Positions 12,942 to 25,995 of a stretch of 64,000 bases of DNA are shown here, one piece after another. Within the stretch, counting starts at the first letter, position 1; every line of letters starts with the position of its first letter. The translations under genes were made by a program, and so were the position numbers. The notes beneath the pieces were generated by a model. It did not search any database. It had not been told where the DNA came from and was given only the letters and a program-made list of their open reading frames with translations. Location of the stretch: contig CM119264.1 in assembly GCA_051294375.1 (NCBI GenBank), forward strand, positions 975,923 to 1,039,922. Direction: 5' to 3'. The DNA is from Paraspadella gotoi (taxonomy: Eukaryota > Animalia > Chaetognatha).

Positions 12942-13734
12942 GGTAGACAATTAGGGGACATCCGGCAAATGGTTGATTCGGTGAGTGGCAGATTGCAGAA
13001 TGTGATGGCAGAATTAAGGAGAATGAGTGGCAAATGGCAGATATAGACATAGAAATATTGTAAAATAAAAAAAAAAGTGTCTTCTATTTAATTTTGTTTC
13101 TATTTTTTTTATTTTATTTAAAAATAAAAACAAATCCGTTTTGCGCATGTTTTTCCAAACGCGGAATAATCACTCATAATTGATTCTGTTTTTTATTTTC
13201 AAATTGTTTTTCCCTCTGTATCATAGCTCCATTCTACCACGCCAAAAAAATATTAATCTAATTTGCATATTGCAGCGTCTGCAAGTTAATTTTCCAATTC
13301 CGAAATCACCCTTTTCTGTTCGTTTTTCTTAAAATTTAATTATAACTTTGACATATTTTTAAATTTCTAAATTAATTTTTAACCTCTAACCCTAAATACT
13401 AATCCTAACTTAAATTTCTAACCTTAATCACTAACCTTTAATCTTTAATTTCGAACTAATATAATTTCAGATTTGAAATAAAACGGGGCGTTCTTGGAAA
13501 ATAAGGCCGAAAATTGTAGGAGAAAACAATTTTTGGTTCATTTGTTTCGAACTTGTGGGTTCCAGTTCAAAGTCTTTAGCGTCAAAGTTAACGTCAAAAG
13601 TCGAGACAAAGTAGTTAATGTCGAAAAAGAAATCGCTTTACGACTCACTCTCTCTCNNNNNNNNNNTCTCTCTCTCAATAATTTTATCAAAGGGTATTGT
13701 GTAGATGAATTAGAAAATGTTTAGGTTTAAAAGG

Positions 13735-14315
13735 TTATCCAGAGATTTAACCTTAATCTATAGATTTAATTTTAATCCTTAATTAAACCTTAACCCAGAG
13801 AATAAACCTTAATCCTTAATTTAATCTAAATCTAGAGTTTTAACCTCAATCCTTAATTAAACCTTAATCCATAGATTTAACCTTAATCCTTAATTTAACC
13901 TTTATCTAGAGTTTTAACCTTAATCCTTAATTAAACCTTAATCCAGAAATTTAACCTTAATCCTTAATTTAGACTTAATCCAGAGATTTAACTTTAATCT
14001 ATAGATTAAATTTTAATCCAGTGATTTAACCTTAATCCAGTGATTTACCCCTTAATCCTTAATTTAACCTTAATCCAGTGATTTAACCTTAATCCTTAAT
14101 TGAACCTTTGTCCAGAGATGTAATCTTAATCCTTAATTTAACCTTAATCCAGAGATTTATTGTTAATCCTTAATTTAACCTTAATCCATAGCTTTAACCT
14201 TAATTTTTAATTTAACCTTAATCTAGAGATATTTCTTAATCCTTAATTTAACCTTAATCCAAAGATTTAACCTTAATCCAGATATTTAACCTTCATCCAG
14301 AGATTTAACCTTAAT
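13735..14315. repeat. Degenerate TTTAACCTTAATCC tandem array
   Basis: Direct tandem repetition. Confidence 0.85.
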
Positions 14316-14423
14316 TACTTTTTTTAAGTCAAGAAACCAATCTCTACACATGCACATACATACATACATACATACATACATACATACATACATAGATAAA
14401 TGCATACATACATATATACATAC

Positions 14424-15661
14424 TAAGGCGTAGTAAAATTTCTAAATTTAACTTTAAATAAAATTCTAAAAGTCAGGAACGAACAACATTATACTAATGA
14501 ACATTTATGTAATAAAAAATAATAATAAATTTTACAATTTACGCAGTAGGCCATATTTATACTAGTACTAAACCAATAAATGTTAAAATTTCAAAACAGT
14601 TTTTTCTAAGATTTTTTTGCAGATTTGGATTCGTCATATAAAGTTGATAAAAAGAAATATAACTCTTTTTGAAAAACTCCTTCATTAAGTGGACCAAAAA
14701 TCAGAAAAAGCTATATTTTAAGCTGAAAATTTACTTTTTATATATTAAATATAGTTTTATTAATTTTTAACCCACTTAATGAAAAAAATTTTAAAAATGA
14801 TTTATATTTTCTTCTATCAACTTTTTACGAGGAATTCAAATCTGTAATCAAAATTAAGAAAAGCCTATTTTGAAAATTTTCGATATTATAAGGATAGTAC
14901 TATTTATAAAAATAGCCTACTGCGAAAATTAAAAAAACATAAAATTAATTTTTTTATATATTAATGTTCAGTTGTTCACTGATGGTATGTTGTTCATTAA
15001 GGCGTAGTGAAAGTTACATACGAAAATTCTAAAAGTCAATTATGAACAACATACCATCAGTGAACATTAATTTGTAAAAAAAATTAATTTTATGTTTCTT
15101 AATTTTTGCAGTAGGCTATATTTATATATAGTACTATCCTTATAAAATCGAAAAATTTCAAAATAGGCTTTTCTTAATTTTGATTGCAGATTTGAATTCC
15201 TCGTCAAAAGTTGATAAAAGAAAATATAAATCATTTTTAAAAATTCTTTCATTAAGTGGGTTAAAAATTAAAAAAACTATATTTAATATATAAAAAGTTA
15301 ATTTTCAGCTTAAAATATAGCTTTTTCTAATTTTTGACCCACTTAAGGAAGGAATTTTTTAAAAAGAGTTATATTTATTTTTATCAACTTTTTATGACGA
15401 ATCCAAATCTGCAAAAAAATCTTAGAAAAAACTGTTTTGAAATTTTAACACTTATTGATTTAGTACTAGTATAAATATGGCCTACTGTGTAAAATGTAAA
15501 ATTTATTGTAAATTTTTTTATTATATAAATGTTTATTAATATAATGTTGTTCGTTCCTCACTTTTAGAATTTTAATTAAAGTTAAATTTATAAATTTTAC
15601 TACGCCTTATTGTTCATAATTGACTTTTTGAATTTTCGTATGTAACTTTCACTACGCCTTA
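14424..15661. mobile_element. Outer hAT-type MITE (~620 bp excluding insert)
   Basis: TIRs TAAGGCGTAGT...ACTACGCCTTA; 8-bp TSD ATACATAC at 14416-14423 and 15662-15669. Confidence 0.88.
14998..15609. mobile_element. Inner hAT-type MITE of the same family, opposite orientation
   Basis: Same TIRs; 8-bp TSD TTGTTCAT at 14990-14997 and 15610-15617. Confidence 0.9.
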
Positions 15662-15926
15662 ATACATACATATCAACCGAATATGTTTTGACTAAACAAA
15701 TGGAACTAAGACTTCTCGTCATCCCGTCGACGCGTCCTCCTTTTAAATCAACGACGAAGAAAAATGAAAAAGCGAGAAAATGATGAATCAAAATGTGGAA
15801 AAAAAGCAGAAAAAAGCAAAAGAAAAAATAAGAAGAAGGAATGGAAAAAAGGGGAAAAAGTGGACGAAAAAAAAAAAACACTGGGGACAGAGAGAGAGAG
15901 AAAGAAGAGCAGAGAGAAAAAGAAGA

Positions 15927-15972
<46 letters not shown>

Positions 15973-16077
15973 GAAGAGAGAGAGAGAGAGAGAAAGAAAA
16001 CGGAATAATCACTGCAGCGCGTAATAAAAAAAGTCCTCTGACTACATGTTTCTCACGAGAGACAAAGCGAGAGAGAG

Positions 16078-16128
<51 letters not shown>

Positions 16129-16272
16129 AGAGAGAGAGAAGAGAGAGAGAGAGAGAGAAGAGAGAGCTGAAAGCAGTAAAAGTCTTTGGCTACATTTTTT
16201 AGCCACCCGGGCAGAAACTGTGAGAAAAAAAAATGAGAGAAGAGAGTGAGAAGAGAGAGAGAGAGAAGAGAG

Positions 16273-16325
<53 letters not shown>

Positions 16326-16412
16326 TTAACCGCATCGTTGTGCCTGGAAAATTAAATGAAGACGAAGAAAGTGACCCGGTTTTCAATTAGTAGAAGGTGG
16401 AGAAAATGACTT

Positions 16413-16474
<62 letters not shown>

Positions 16475-17755
16475 AAAGAGAGAAAGAGAAAGAGAGAGAG
16501 AGAAGAAGAGAGAGGAAATAAGCCAGGAAAGCCGAAAAGATTGAAAAGCGGTTCGCACGAGAAAAAAGCGTTTTACTCCGTCGCTCGTTCACTTTGTATT
16601 TTTCTACTTTGTCTTTTTGTTCTTTTTTTTTTCACTTTGTATTTTTCTACTTTGTCTTTTTGTTCTCTTTCTTTTTTTTCACTTTGTCGTTTTCTACTTT
16701 CTCTTTTTCTACTTGTTCTTGTTCTACTTTATCTTTTTAAACTTAACACTAATCTTGACCATCAAATCATAAAAAGACAATTTCATAATTCAGAGAAAAA
16801 ATGTCTTCGATTTCTGCGATTCATTGGAACAAACATCTTATGCCGTCAAACCTCATGTACATACTCTAATATGTATCGTATTATAGTCAAGATAAAATTA
16901 AAATGTAAGTATTTCTAATGCCAGAGTTGATCGCTCCCTGCGACGAAGTACAAGTTTATCACACAGATTTGCATCAGTGTCCTTTGGAGCCGCATCGTTT
17001 GCAGCAATGGACACTCATTGATTTCGACCCCAACGCAACCCTCTGCGATTCGCTCGTTGAAACCGAGGGCCGAATTTCATTCATACAATTCTTTCCTTAC
17101 AAAACAAACTTTGTCACATTTGTTTATTTTGAATTATGTATATCATCGTCGCATTGAATCCATCCGGGACTTTTTTTTTCTCTTAATATCATTTATAATT
17201 AAGTGTTTTTTTTTGGTCTCGGGGGAAAATTAGTTGAAATCTTTTCCGCCTTTGGACATAATTATGTTTTCGATCTCACTTCTTCTGCCCCCCCCCCTTT
17301 CTTCCGCCCCCCCTTTCTCCCGATCGGTTCGTCGTCTCAAGACGGGAGGAGGAATAAATCAAAGATTCGGCCTTATTTTCCAAACACGCTCCATTTTTTT
17401 TTAAATTCGGAATAAATTTTTTTTTTTCGAATTAAAGTTTAGTTTTATAAAGTAGGGTCAGTGATTAAGGTTCGTGACTTGGTTTGTGATTTAGGATTTG
17501 GGTTAGGGTGAGAAGGTTAGAGAGTTAGAGGGTTATAGGGAAGGGTTAGTAATTAGAGATAAGGGATTAACGTTAAGGATAAACAAACAGAAATGAAGCT
17601 CTCTCGGAAAAGAGAGCCGGGAAAAACCTCGACTTTACGAAAAGGAAAAAAAAAAAACTGTTATGAGAAGAAAATTAGTAATTTTTGTGGGATAAAACGG
17701 ATTCTCGTGGGAAAGAAAACGTCCGAGAGGTCAGAGAGAGAGAGAGAGGAGAGAG

Positions 17756-17798
<43 letters not shown>

Positions 17799-18548
17799 CA
17801 ACATACAAAGACAAGAAAATATAATTCTTAAAAACGAAAATACACACTTACGTAATCTCCGTTTGAGAAAATTTATTTACATAATTATCAGTTAAGTTTT
17901 CGTTTATATATAACAAAGCGTCAGGAGCCAAGTATTATGGGGGGTTGATAAACAAGACTGTGAGAGAGTCTTGCTTGAAAGCTTGCAGGGACTTGCTATG
18001 TCATGGGGTTGATAAACTAGACTGTGAGAGAGTCTTGCTTGAAATCTTGCAGGGACTTGCTATGTCATGGGGTTGATAAACTAGACTTGTGAGAGAGTCT
18101 TGATTGAAAGCTTTGCAGGCGACTTGCTAAGCCCCACCAAAGCGAGTCCAAAGTAAGGGGCAAGATAGCTTATTTATTAACCGAATGGATAATTTTTATA
18201 TTTGTTGTGCCAATTTCGTAACTGCGAGGTCTGGTTGAACGGGAAGACTTTTCCCCCGACAAATAAGTAGATATTTCAGGAGCAAACAGTATTAACTTTC
18301 TCAGGGGTAAAGCAAATCAGGGAAGGGTAAAGCGTAGAATGAAAGGAGCAAACGATCAAAGAATCAAAGGAGCTCTTGTTAGCTTTTAGAGGAGCGAAGC
18401 AAAACGAACAAGGGCCAAAGGTGAAATCGGAATTATGGCACTGGAGCAAGTGTTACTGGAGCAAACTGCAGAAAAGGAGTTAAAATCTGGCGAGAGAGTG
18501 GGAGGGGAAGAGATCGCGAAGGCAAAGCTGTGGGGGTTTTCAAGGACC

Positions 18549-18662
<114 letters not shown>

Positions 18663-19074
18663 TCTTGCCTGTCATCAAGACTATGATGATAATCGTCGTC
18701 GTCGTCGTCGTCGTCGTTGTCAACTCTCTAAGTGGAAACTTAAATTCAGTCGCGATTGTGGTTATGATAAAAAAGGGGGATAAAGAGGCTGATGATGAAG
18801 ATGATGATGAAGATGATGATAATGACGATGACGACGACTAAGACGACAATGACAAAATCGAATAGAAATTTACATTATACGTCTTGATTAATATATTAAA
18901 TGTTACTTATTTTTTCGCATTATAAATTTTTTTTTGAAATCTTATAATTTTTTGATGGATTCTGATAGACCATAGCAAGTTAAACAAGAAATATAATTAT
19001 AGCTTATCGAAAGATGATGATGATGACGATTTTTTACAGTTTTTTTAAATTTTTGATTCACTTATCATAAAAAT

Positions 19075-19361
19075 TGTGGATAAGGCGCTAAGTGGGGCTG
19101 AAGAGTACCATCCGCAACTTCTTCAACCCCCTCGAGCAGACATGGAACGGGTCCTGGGCTTGCAACCAGGCTTGAGGGTTTGCCACGCCCCCAAGGCGGC
19201 TTACGGCCGTCCTCACGCTTCCCACCGGGTAGGTACCGTGTTTGGATTCAACCCGGTACCTAGTGGTCATGAGTTGATGGATTAATTCAATGAGCCACCG
19301 GGTCACGACTGAAGGTGTCATGCTTATAGGCGGGGGTGAACTAATGCAATGCCCGACTACA
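19075..19361 (+). mobile_element. Solo LTR (287 bp)
   Basis: TGTGG...CTACA termini, 4-bp TSD AAAT; interrupts a repeat seen uninterrupted near 28520-28580. Confidence 0.75.
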
Positions 19362-20270
19362 AAATATTTAAAAAATAAATATACTTTGCGTAGACAACTT
19401 TTTATTAGCTATCTGAATCTTAAAATTTAAAAATTCTCAAAAAAAATTTTGGCCTTTCCTATCTATAAATAAATATAAAATATTTATTATTTGCGTATAG
19501 AGCCATAAAAAAAAATTTCGTCCATTGAAAGTATACTTAAAAATGTATAAATTTTCCTTTTAGCAAGTTTTCATTTAAAATTTTGGTCTTACCCCATTGA
19601 GCAGGCTATATGGTAAGAGAGGGAGGGCCTCTATTCCTCTTACAAGATAATAACATAACGAGACGCTACAAGCTTAAAATCAAGACTTTTCACTCTCGTA
19701 ATAGTAATTAATAATATGTTTTTTTATCTTTATGATATATCTGTTTTGTGATTAACATTTTTCACTAAGCAATGGAATCCATGTCTCTAACTTGTTATTT
19801 TGTTCGTATTTTCGGTTCGTGTGGAAAAGAAATCGAGACATCGTGCGGGTAGCGTTCTCTCGCGTCGTTTTGGAAAACAAAAGATAAGGGGCAAAAAATT
19901 ATTAATTGTTATCGTTGTCGTATTGAATTATTTTCTGGGATGTACCATGTGATATGATGATTTATTTGCGTCTTCTTTCTTCGGCACTATTTTTTCGTAG
20001 CCTCTCATTTTAAATTTAATCAGCTCCAGATCTAACTTTTTCTAAAAAAAATTAATTCAATCCTCCGGGCCTAACCCTTTTCCCTAACCCAAACCTAATC
20101 CCTAACCAAAACTTTAACCAAACTCGATCCCTTCCCCATAAGCTAATTATTAAACTTTAAAATGAAATTAATTCCGAATTTTAAATTGAAACGGGAGCGA
20201 TTTCGGGAAAAGTGGGTGCTATCTTATCTACAGAAAATTATTATCAAAACATATTTTCCCTTTTTTTCAG

Positions 20271-20285
20271 AGTCGTGCCGCGGTT

Positions 20286-20366
<81 letters not shown>

Positions 20367-20466
20367 ACGGACGTCATTTCAGATTTGAAGAAAAAAAACG
20401 AAAATTTGGAAAAAGAAAACAAACGTTTGCGACAACAACTGAACGAAGCGACGGAAATGTTGAGAG
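20271..20466 (+). CDS. KIF21: Kinesin stalk exon (SRAAV-polySer-DVISDLKKKNENLEKENKRLRQQLNEATEMLR)
   Basis: T-rich CAG acceptor, open frame with heptad pattern, phase 0-1 matching next exon. Confidence 0.75.
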
Positions 20467-20701
20467 GTTTAATCAATCAATCAATTAAATAATTAATAAA
20501 TCAATCAATCGATCAGTCAATCAAACAATCAATCAAACAACCAATCAATCAATCAATTCAACAATGATTCGATCAATCAATTAAACAATCGTTCAATCTA
20601 TCAATCATACAATCAATCAATCAATCAATAAATCAATTATTCGAATAATCAATCAATCAATCAGTCAAATTATCAATCTTTTTTTATTTCATTTTTAAAA
20701 G

Positions 20702-20850
20702 ACGAAAGGAAAAATGATGAAAAGCAACTACATCAGAAACTACATCAGCCCGAAATGACTAAAAAACAGCGGCAGCAAAACGATTCCGAGCAGCCTCGGC
20801 TTCAGCAGCCGAACAGAACGGCGAAGCAGCGGAGAATGGATTGGTACAAG
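20702..20850 (+). CDS. KIF21: Kinesin stalk exon (DERKNDEKQLHQ...KQRRMDWYK)
   Basis: TTTTTAAAAG acceptor, AAG|GTAATT donor, phase 1-0, open frame. Confidence 0.7.
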
Positions 20851-21183
20851 GTAATTCAAGGAAATATATTCATCCATTGTTCAGTTTATTAGATTGATCT
20901 ATAGATTATATTGATTTGTACTCATTGATTGATTGATAGAATACCTTATTCTTTGGTGTTACAATTGATTTATTGATTGATTTATTGATTGATGGATTGA
21001 TCAATTGATTGACTGATAGAATTATTTGATTGAATAATTGATAAATTTAATTATTGACTGATAGAATAATATATTAAATTGATTGACTGATAGATTGATT
21101 AATTGATTAATTATAAAATGATTGATTTATTACTTTTTTGATTTATTGATTGATTGATTGATTGATTTATTGATTGGTTTTAG

Positions 21184-21467
21184 AACCGAAGCAAAAGCTG
21201 CGACGCGACTCCGTCGGAAAAACCGCCGATTCTGAAGCGACAGTCGCAATCCCCGCAGCGGCAAGAGCAACAGCAACAGCAGCAAGATCTACAGCAACTA
21301 CCGCAACAGCAGCAACAGCAGCAACAACTTACTCAGCAGCAGCAGCGTCGGCGACGGCGTCTGGCGCAGCGGCAGGCGGTGGTGAAGTGGGAGGCGATCG
21401 AGAAATGCGTCCAGCGGAGAATCAAATCCAAGATGGCGACGAGAAAGATGGAGATGGAGATGGAAAG
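21184..21467 (+). CDS. KIF21: Kinesin stalk exon (polyQ; VVKWEAIEKCVQRRIKSKMATRKMEMEMER)
   Basis: TTTTAG acceptor, AG|GTTATT donor, phase 0-2; resembles the KIF21 KW...KM...ME.M.R coiled coil. Confidence 0.85.
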
Positions 21468-22050
21468 GTTATTTAGTAACAGATGGAGATGGAGATGGAA
21501 AGGTCATTTAGTAACAGATGGAGATGGAGATGGAAAGGTCATTTAGTAACAGATGGAGATGGAGATGGAAAGGTGCTTTAGTAACAGATGGAGATGGAGA
21601 TTGAAAGGTGATTCAGTAACAGATGGAGATGGAGAAGGAAAGGTGATTCAGTAACAGCATGGAGATGAGAGAAGGACAAGGTGATTCAGTAACAGATGGA
21701 GATGCAGATGAAAGGTGATTTAGTAACAGATGGAGATGGAGATGGAAAGGTGATTCAGTAACAGATAGAGATGGAGATGGAAAGGTGATCTAATAACAGA
21801 TGGATATGGAGATGGAAAGGTGATTTAGTAACAGATGAGATGGAGATGGAAAGGTGATTTTTAGTAACAGTTGGAGATGGAGATGGAAAGGTCATTTAGA
21901 AACAGATAGATGGAGATGGAAAGGTGATTCAGTAACAGATGGAGATGGAGATGGAAAGATGATTCAGTAACAGTTGGAGATGGAGATAGAAAGGTGATTC
22001 AGTAACAGATGAAGATGGAGATGGAAAGGTGATTCAGTAACAGATGGGAG
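21446..22050 (+). repeat. 35-bp minisatellite (~17 units) made of the kinesin exon end plus its 5' splice site
   Basis: Unit AGATGGAGATGGAGATGGAAAG|GTSATTYAGTAAC. Confidence 0.92.
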
Positions 22051-22229
22051 TGGAGTTGGTGGTACAATCTGTCCTAGTTTTCTTAATAGATATCACACAT
22101 CATTCCTGTTAGAAAATAAATGAAAAACTCATAATAATCCGTTAATGATATGTAAAAGGCTGTTCAGTGTTGCAGTGTTTCTTTGCTTTTTTTTAATTTG
22201 TCCATCTCTTTTCTCATTTAATTTCTCAG

Positions 22230-22392
22230 ATGGATGAAATCCCGCGAGACCCTTTGTCGCAAATTGGAGTCATTGCGATTGGAGCGACGCGTGGCGGCAA
22301 AGATGGGCGGCGCGGCCTCGGACGTTGAGGACGAAATGGACAGCGTCGCCGCCAACATCGACTATGTGCAAGAGAATATCAAAGAGTGTCAG
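22230..22392 (+). CDS. KIF21: Kinesin regulatory coiled-coil exon (WMKSRETLCRKLE...EMDSVAANIDYVQENIKECQ)
   Basis: TCTCAG acceptor phase 2, CAG|GTTGGC donor; ANIDY..CQ motif of KIF21. Confidence 0.9.
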
Positions 22393-22504
22393 GTTGGCGT
22401 GGGGGGGGGGGTGCATATAGGCGATTCGTGGGTTAGGAGAAGAGCGGGAGTTTAACCTTTTATAAGAAAATTGTCCCTTACACTACTACAATTACAGTAA
22501 TTAC

Positions 22505-22880
22505 AACCATCATCTTCGTCGTCAAGATCAACAACATCATCATCATCATCATCATCATCACCATCATCTCATGATCATCATATTCATTATTATCGTAAAT
22601 CATCATAACCATCATCATCACCATCATCTTCATCATCATCACCATCATCATCACCATCAATCATCATCATCATCACCATCATCATCACCATCATTATCAT
22701 CACCATCATCATCATAACATCATCATCATCATCACCATCATCATCACCATCATCATCATCACCATCATCATCACCATCATCACCAATCATCATTCATCAT
22801 CATCATCATCATCATATCGTCATCATCACCTTCATTCACCATCATATCATCATCTTCAATCCATCATCATCATCACCATC
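22505..22880. repeat. (CAT/CAC)n microsatellite
   Basis: Direct repetition. Confidence 0.9.
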
Positions 22881-22903
22881 CATTCCCTCTTTTCCTTCCA
22901 CAG

Positions 22904-23078
22904 GAGGCGATCGTGGAATTGGAGGGAGCTTGTTCCTCCTCCTCCTCTTCCTCCTCCTCCTCCATCGGTGAGGAGAAGGAGGACCTCAAGGATCTCGGAA
23001 ATCTCTTCTCCTCCTTAACGAATCTGGAGGAGGCGAAGTTGCTTCTCTTCAAGTTGGCCGAATTCGCCGTCGCAAAGG
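22904..23078 (+). CDS. KIF21: Kinesin coiled-coil exon (EAIVELEG...LEEAKLLLFKLAEFAVAK)
   Basis: CCACAG acceptor, G|GTAATG donor, phase 0-1; resembles KIF21 EA+.LL.......KG. Confidence 0.88.
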
Positions 23079-23174
23079 GTAATGAACAATTTATCAATTC
23101 AAATTAATAAACGTTTGTGTTTGTTTATTTAACTTCTGATATTTTTAACGGGGGGCTGGGGCAACGACGAACAT

Positions 23175-23400
23175 AAAAATTATCCATTCTTTTATTAAAT
23201 ATGCTATCTTGCCCCTGATTTTGGACAGGCTTTGGTGGTTTAAGGCCTCCATCATTCTTACAAGATAATGATATAGCGGGTCACTGCAAGCTTTCAATCA
23301 AGACTCTCTCACAGTCTCGTTCATTCACTCCCAGAATACATGGCTTCTATATCAATGAAGTGACCCAATGTTTCAAAGAATGTTGCTTTTGTGTAAAGAA
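23175..23400. mobile_element. Dispersed SINE/LINE-tail-like repeat; copies at ~2435-2603, ~4805-4945, ~17925-18215, ~33720-33780, ~38955-39060, ~39665-39770, ~45160-45265
   Basis: Recurrent ATCTTGCCCCTGACTTTGGACAGGC...GCAAGCTTTCAATCAAGACTCTCTCACAGTC in both orientations; class not determined. Confidence 0.7.
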
Positions 23401-23876
23401 CCACTCTCTTGAGTATGTTAGTGATCTCGAAGCTGTCCATTAGCAGGACAGTGTCGTACTGTTACATCTAATGACGTCTATGAATTCATGTGTCTCCTAA
23501 GTTTAACGGCAAGAAAGATTTGATATCGAGATATTTAACATGAGAAACGAATTAGTTATAAGAGTGAGTGGTAAGCAATCGGATAAGACTTATTTTAAAA
23601 CCTTCTATCAAACATGAAGCAGTCGCTCAAATTCAATATAAGAAAATAACTTCGATTTGTAAAGAAATAATGTTTCAATAAAATATATATATTATTAGAA
23701 AAACTCAATCATTATATAACCTTTTTAAAAATATTTCTTAAAAAATAAAATAAAACTTTCAAAAACACAGAATAAAATATAAGAGAATTAATCTAAACTG
23801 CTACAATATGCAAATTAGATTAAAGAACTTAAAAATATTTGAAATGAACACCAAATCAATCTTCTAATTTCTCCAG

Positions 23877-24005
23877 GATTCGATGCAGCAACCAAAGAAG
23901 TAGAGGCTGCGACCCTGAGGGGCGACATCGCCCGCGGGGCACGCCAAAGGGGGCGGGCTAAGCGGAGCGGGGGTGAAGATGAAGGATCGACAACTGGGTT
24001 TGAAG
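23877..24005 (+). CDS. KIF21: Kinesin exon (GFDAATKEVEAATLRGDIARG...)
   Basis: CTCCAG acceptor, AG|GTTAGA donor, phase 1-1; resembles KIF21 G..AA.KE. Confidence 0.8.
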
Positions 24006-24076
24006 GTTAGATAGAGTGAGACAGAGAGTGAGAGAGAGAGAGGGAAAGTGAGAGAGAAAGAGGTCGAGACAGAGAG

Positions 24077-24170
<94 letters not shown>

Positions 24171-24457
24171 TGAGAAAAGAGAGAGAGAGATAGAGCAAGG
24201 GGGAGAAAGTTAGAGAGAGAAAGACAGAAACAAAGAGTCTCAGAGAGAGAGAGATTTTGATTTTGATTTGATTTATTATGCTCAAAATGTAAAAATTTAA
24301 CACAGTAACAATGCAATTGTTAATGAGCTGTACATATATATGTATGTACACATTTTAAAGAAATGAAAATAAATTAACAAAAAAAGAGAGGCAGAGAGAG
24401 AGGGGGGAGGAAGAGAAAGAAACTGCGAGTCATTAAAACTCTCCAATTTTTCTCCAG

Positions 24458-24512
24458 ACTGTTCTCTCAGTTCCGGAAGTTCCTCATCGTCCAGCGCTTC
24501 TCCGCCCGCAAC
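24458..24512 (+). CDS. Probable kinesin tail exon (DCSLSSGSSSSSSASPPAT)
   Basis: CTCCAG acceptor, AC|GTGAGG donor, phase 1-2; no recognisable homology. Confidence 0.55.
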
Positions 24513-24962
24513 GTGAGGAAATAGACGGACAGACTGACAGATTAACAGACGGATAGACGGACAGAAAGACAGGAAGACTCATTGATTTTTTGCATTCTGA
24601 TCACAAGTTTGGCTCTGTAATAATATTGAAAGCCAAACTTTTTCACCTCATATTACAAAAATACATAAATTTAAATTAATAACTAATTTGTACAAGAATA
24701 AAATGAATATCTTGCTTCCAAATTAAACTGAACAATAATAATTTAATAATTTAACAATTCAACTTATTAGAAAGCTTACTCACTACCAACTTATTAATTT
24801 ACTTACAAAAAAGTACCTCAGTAACTAATTAAGTAACTAAATAGCTAACTAACTGACCGAAAAACAAAAAAATTAATAAACTACAAACGTTAACAAACTA
24901 AAAACAACGCCATTCGTTAACTGACTTGAAAATTGACAACTACATAATCGGAGGGACCAATT

Positions 24963-25228
24963 TGTAGTCGGGCATAGTTATTAGGAAGTAGCTTTCAGTC
25001 GTGACCCGGTGGCTCATCGAGTAATACCATCAGTTCGTGGCATTCAGATTCGGGGTTCGATCTCCAATGGTGCCTTCCCTGCGAGAAGCGTGATGACGGC
25101 CGTAAACCGCCTTGGGGTCCTGGAAAAACCTTAAACCTGGTTCCAAGTTTAGGACCCGTTCCATTGATGATGAGGTTGCACAGATGATTAGCAGAGTAGT
25201 CATCAGCACACTTAGCGCCTCTTCCACA
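24963..25228 (-). mobile_element. Solo LTR, same family as 19075-19361 (further partial copy ~25479-25590)
   Basis: Shared GGAACGGGTCCT, GAGCCACCGGGTCACGACTGAA and GCCCGACTACA blocks. Confidence 0.7.
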
Positions 25229-25268
25229 TCCAGACATCCTGACCAACTGCCCCCCCCCCTTCTTGTAG

Positions 25269-25409
25269 CGCCACGGGTCGGCGCCGTCCCGGACTGTCCC
25301 TGGACCTCAGCGCCAAATTGGATCGCGTTCCGCCGTCGGCGATGATGTTGAGTCCCTCGACGATGATGACGAACAATTCCAGCGGCGCGTCAACTCCAGC
25401 CACTCCCAG
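25269..25409 (+). CDS. Probable kinesin tail exon (ATGRRRPGLSLDLSAKLDRVPPSAMMLSP...PATP)
   Basis: C-rich TTGTAG acceptor, CAG|GTCAGA donor, phase 2-2; GC-rich island between two LTR fragments. Confidence 0.55.
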
Positions 25410-25924
25410 GTCAGAGCCGGCTTTCCATCGGACCGACCTCGAGCGGGCCTTTTACGAGTTTCACCGCGTATAAAAATATGACCCGGTGGCTCATCGAGTA
25501 AGGCCAATGGCTCATGACCACTAGATACCGGGTTCCATCCCCGCCCAGTGCCTACCCTTTTGGAAAGCGTGAGGACGGGCCGTTGGGAGCGCTGATTATC
25601 CCCCAAAGCCATAGCTGCCTTTATTTTCTTAGCACGCCCCATTTCATCATAAATTTGGAGTTGAATTATGTTTCAGAATAATTAATTAATTAATCATTAA
25701 AAGATTAGGTTAAAGGTTTACACGGGCTGGTTTTCCCGGTGGCATGAAGCCCATCTTGTGATTGGTCGATTCCATTGGTGGTTCGTCCAATGAGAGAGCG
25801 GAATCCGGCTTTCGGCGGATTCTACGCGAGTCGCGGATCCGATTTTAATTTCGGTTCTTATTCTTTCTGCAATGTTAATGTTTAGGATTAGGTTAGGGAA
25901 AATTCTTAACATTCTTTTTATCAA

Positions 25925-25995
<71 letters not shown>

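Noticed and set aside
11810-13033. 407-aa Phe/Leu/Ser-rich ORF and the many similar SLSL/ERER ORFs
   Set aside because: Stop-free purine/pyrimidine microsatellite tracts with no domain signal
16968-17022. SECIS-like hairpin on the minus strand (ATGA-GTGTCC...AAA...GGACAC-TGAT)
   Set aside because: GA/GA core out of register by one base, AAA spacing too long, and no selenoprotein ORF upstream on that strand
16918-17157. 79-aa ATG ORF as a missing kinesin stalk exon or small gene
   Set aside because: No coiled-coil or kinesin similarity and no convincing phase-compatible splice pair
21446-22050. CRISPR-like regularity (35-bp repeats)
   Set aside because: Units are head-to-tail with no unique spacers and no cas genes; eukaryotic intron
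24995-25050. Hammerhead-like words (CTGATG/GATGAG...GAAA) in the solo LTR
   Set aside because: No CTGATGA core with stems I-III, and the words are not conserved among copies
25750-25853. Possible bridging kinesin exon (phase 2-1)
   Set aside because: Would reconcile the tail frames, but the acceptor lacks a pyrimidine tract and the donor is weak
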